DNA of 32,000 nucleotides from Mycoplasma mobile 163K (GTDB lineage Bacteria; Bacillota_I; Bacilli_A; Mycoplasmatales; Metamycoplasmataceae): NCBI RefSeq assembly GCF_000008365.1, contig NC_006908.1, positions 420,001 to 452,000 of the forward strand, read 5' to 3'. Shown piece by piece: positions 31,242 to 32,000 of this stretch (position 1 is its first letter; each line of letters starts with the position of its first letter). The notes under the pieces were generated by a model. It saw only the letters and a program-made list of their open reading frames with translations, ran no database searches and was not told where the DNA came from. The position numbers and the translations under genes were made by a program.

Positions 31242-32000
31242 TTTTTGATGAAGAGTCCAATATTTATGAATTAATAAATGAAATAGAATCTTATGATTTG
31301 TTTAGTAATGAAAAAACAATAATTGTAAAAAACTTGTGATTGTTAAAAAAAGAGGATAAAAAATTATCTGAAATATTGATTAGTTCTTTAGAAAATATCA
31401 ATAGCAAATATAAAATTATTTTTTTACTTGAAGAAGATAAAATTAATAATAAAAATTCTTTAATTCATTTTTTACTCAATAATTCAAAAGTTGATAATGT
31501 TAAAAAATATAACCCAAAAGAACTTATAAGTGTGATTGAAAAAATTATAGTTGCGAAAAAGGGAACAATTTCTCATGAAGCTATTATTGAATTTATTTTA
31601 AAAGTTCCTAATGACTTAAGAATTATCATCCAAGAAATCGATAAACTTCTTTTACTGACAAAAGATATCACAAAAGAAATTGTAATTTCAGAAACTTCAG
31701 ATTATTTTGAAAGTGATGCTTTTAGTTTTATTAATGCAATAAATGAATTTGATTTTAAAAAAATTTACGAAACATTACAAGAAAAAATTATAAATTATGA
31801 AGAAATAGGACAATTATTAGGACAATTGAATTCTCATTTAAATTTATCTTTTCTAATTCATACAAACTTTCAATTAGGAAAAAATTTAAAAAAAATTGAA
31901 GAACAATATAACATACATCATTTTCGCCTTCGAAAGGCTTTTGATTTCTTAAAAAAAATTGGTTATAAAAATCTTGTTTATCTAATAAGTAAAAATGCTG
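31157..32000 (+). CDS. holA: DNA polymerase III delta subunit, partial (continues beyond window)
   Basis: MYFIYGNENYLIWNQIKKLI.. matches the HolA N-terminus (compare LYGKETYLL in Bacillus HolA). It follows comEC, as is usual in Firmicutes. It overlaps the comEC 3' end by 85 nt in a different frame. Confidence 0.75.

Overview
Very AT-rich Mollicutes-type (Mycoplasma-like) chromosomal segment that must be read with genetic code 4 (TGA=Trp). Most long genes are split in the supplied ORF track at in-frame TGA codons, several on Trp positions conserved in the family or between paralogs, so I re-joined the fragments by hand; all coordinates below are code-4 corrected. Layout: (1) 1-11.3 kb holds a minus-strand cluster of four paralogous surface lipoproteins built from tandem ~90-100 aa modules, plus one decayed remnant. 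Two of these genes contain near-identical 270-294 bp intragenic repeats. (2) 11.5-13.0 kb holds a membrane protein and engB. (3) 13.1-18.9 kb is an accessory, defence-type island between the core GTPase genes engB and era. It carries a translationally coupled ABC/AAA ATPase plus an RloB/Toprim-like small gene (AbiL/PARIS-like architecture) whose effector gene is frameshifted near A8 homopolymer tracts. It also carries a lipid-anchored ComEC-type metallo-beta-lactamase domain protein and a DpnII/MboI-type GATC restriction-modification pair whose Dam-like methylase has an N-terminal XRE helix-turn-helix. (4) era-cdd-ybeY. (5) 20.8-23.2 kb holds a peptidase-C39 ABC exporter (PCAT) with an intact Cys/His/Asp triad and a 125 aa membrane partner, but no double-glycine peptide gene that I can see. 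(6) Housekeeping genes: azoR, an MsbA-like ABC exporter, lspA, a tmcAL-like gene, rpmF, pgsA, a compact RNase P RNA, and comEA-comEC-holA, where ComEC lacks its usual MBL domain. I recognised no rRNA, tRNA, CRISPR array, transposase or recombinase. All homology calls come from motif recognition by eye; no searches were run.
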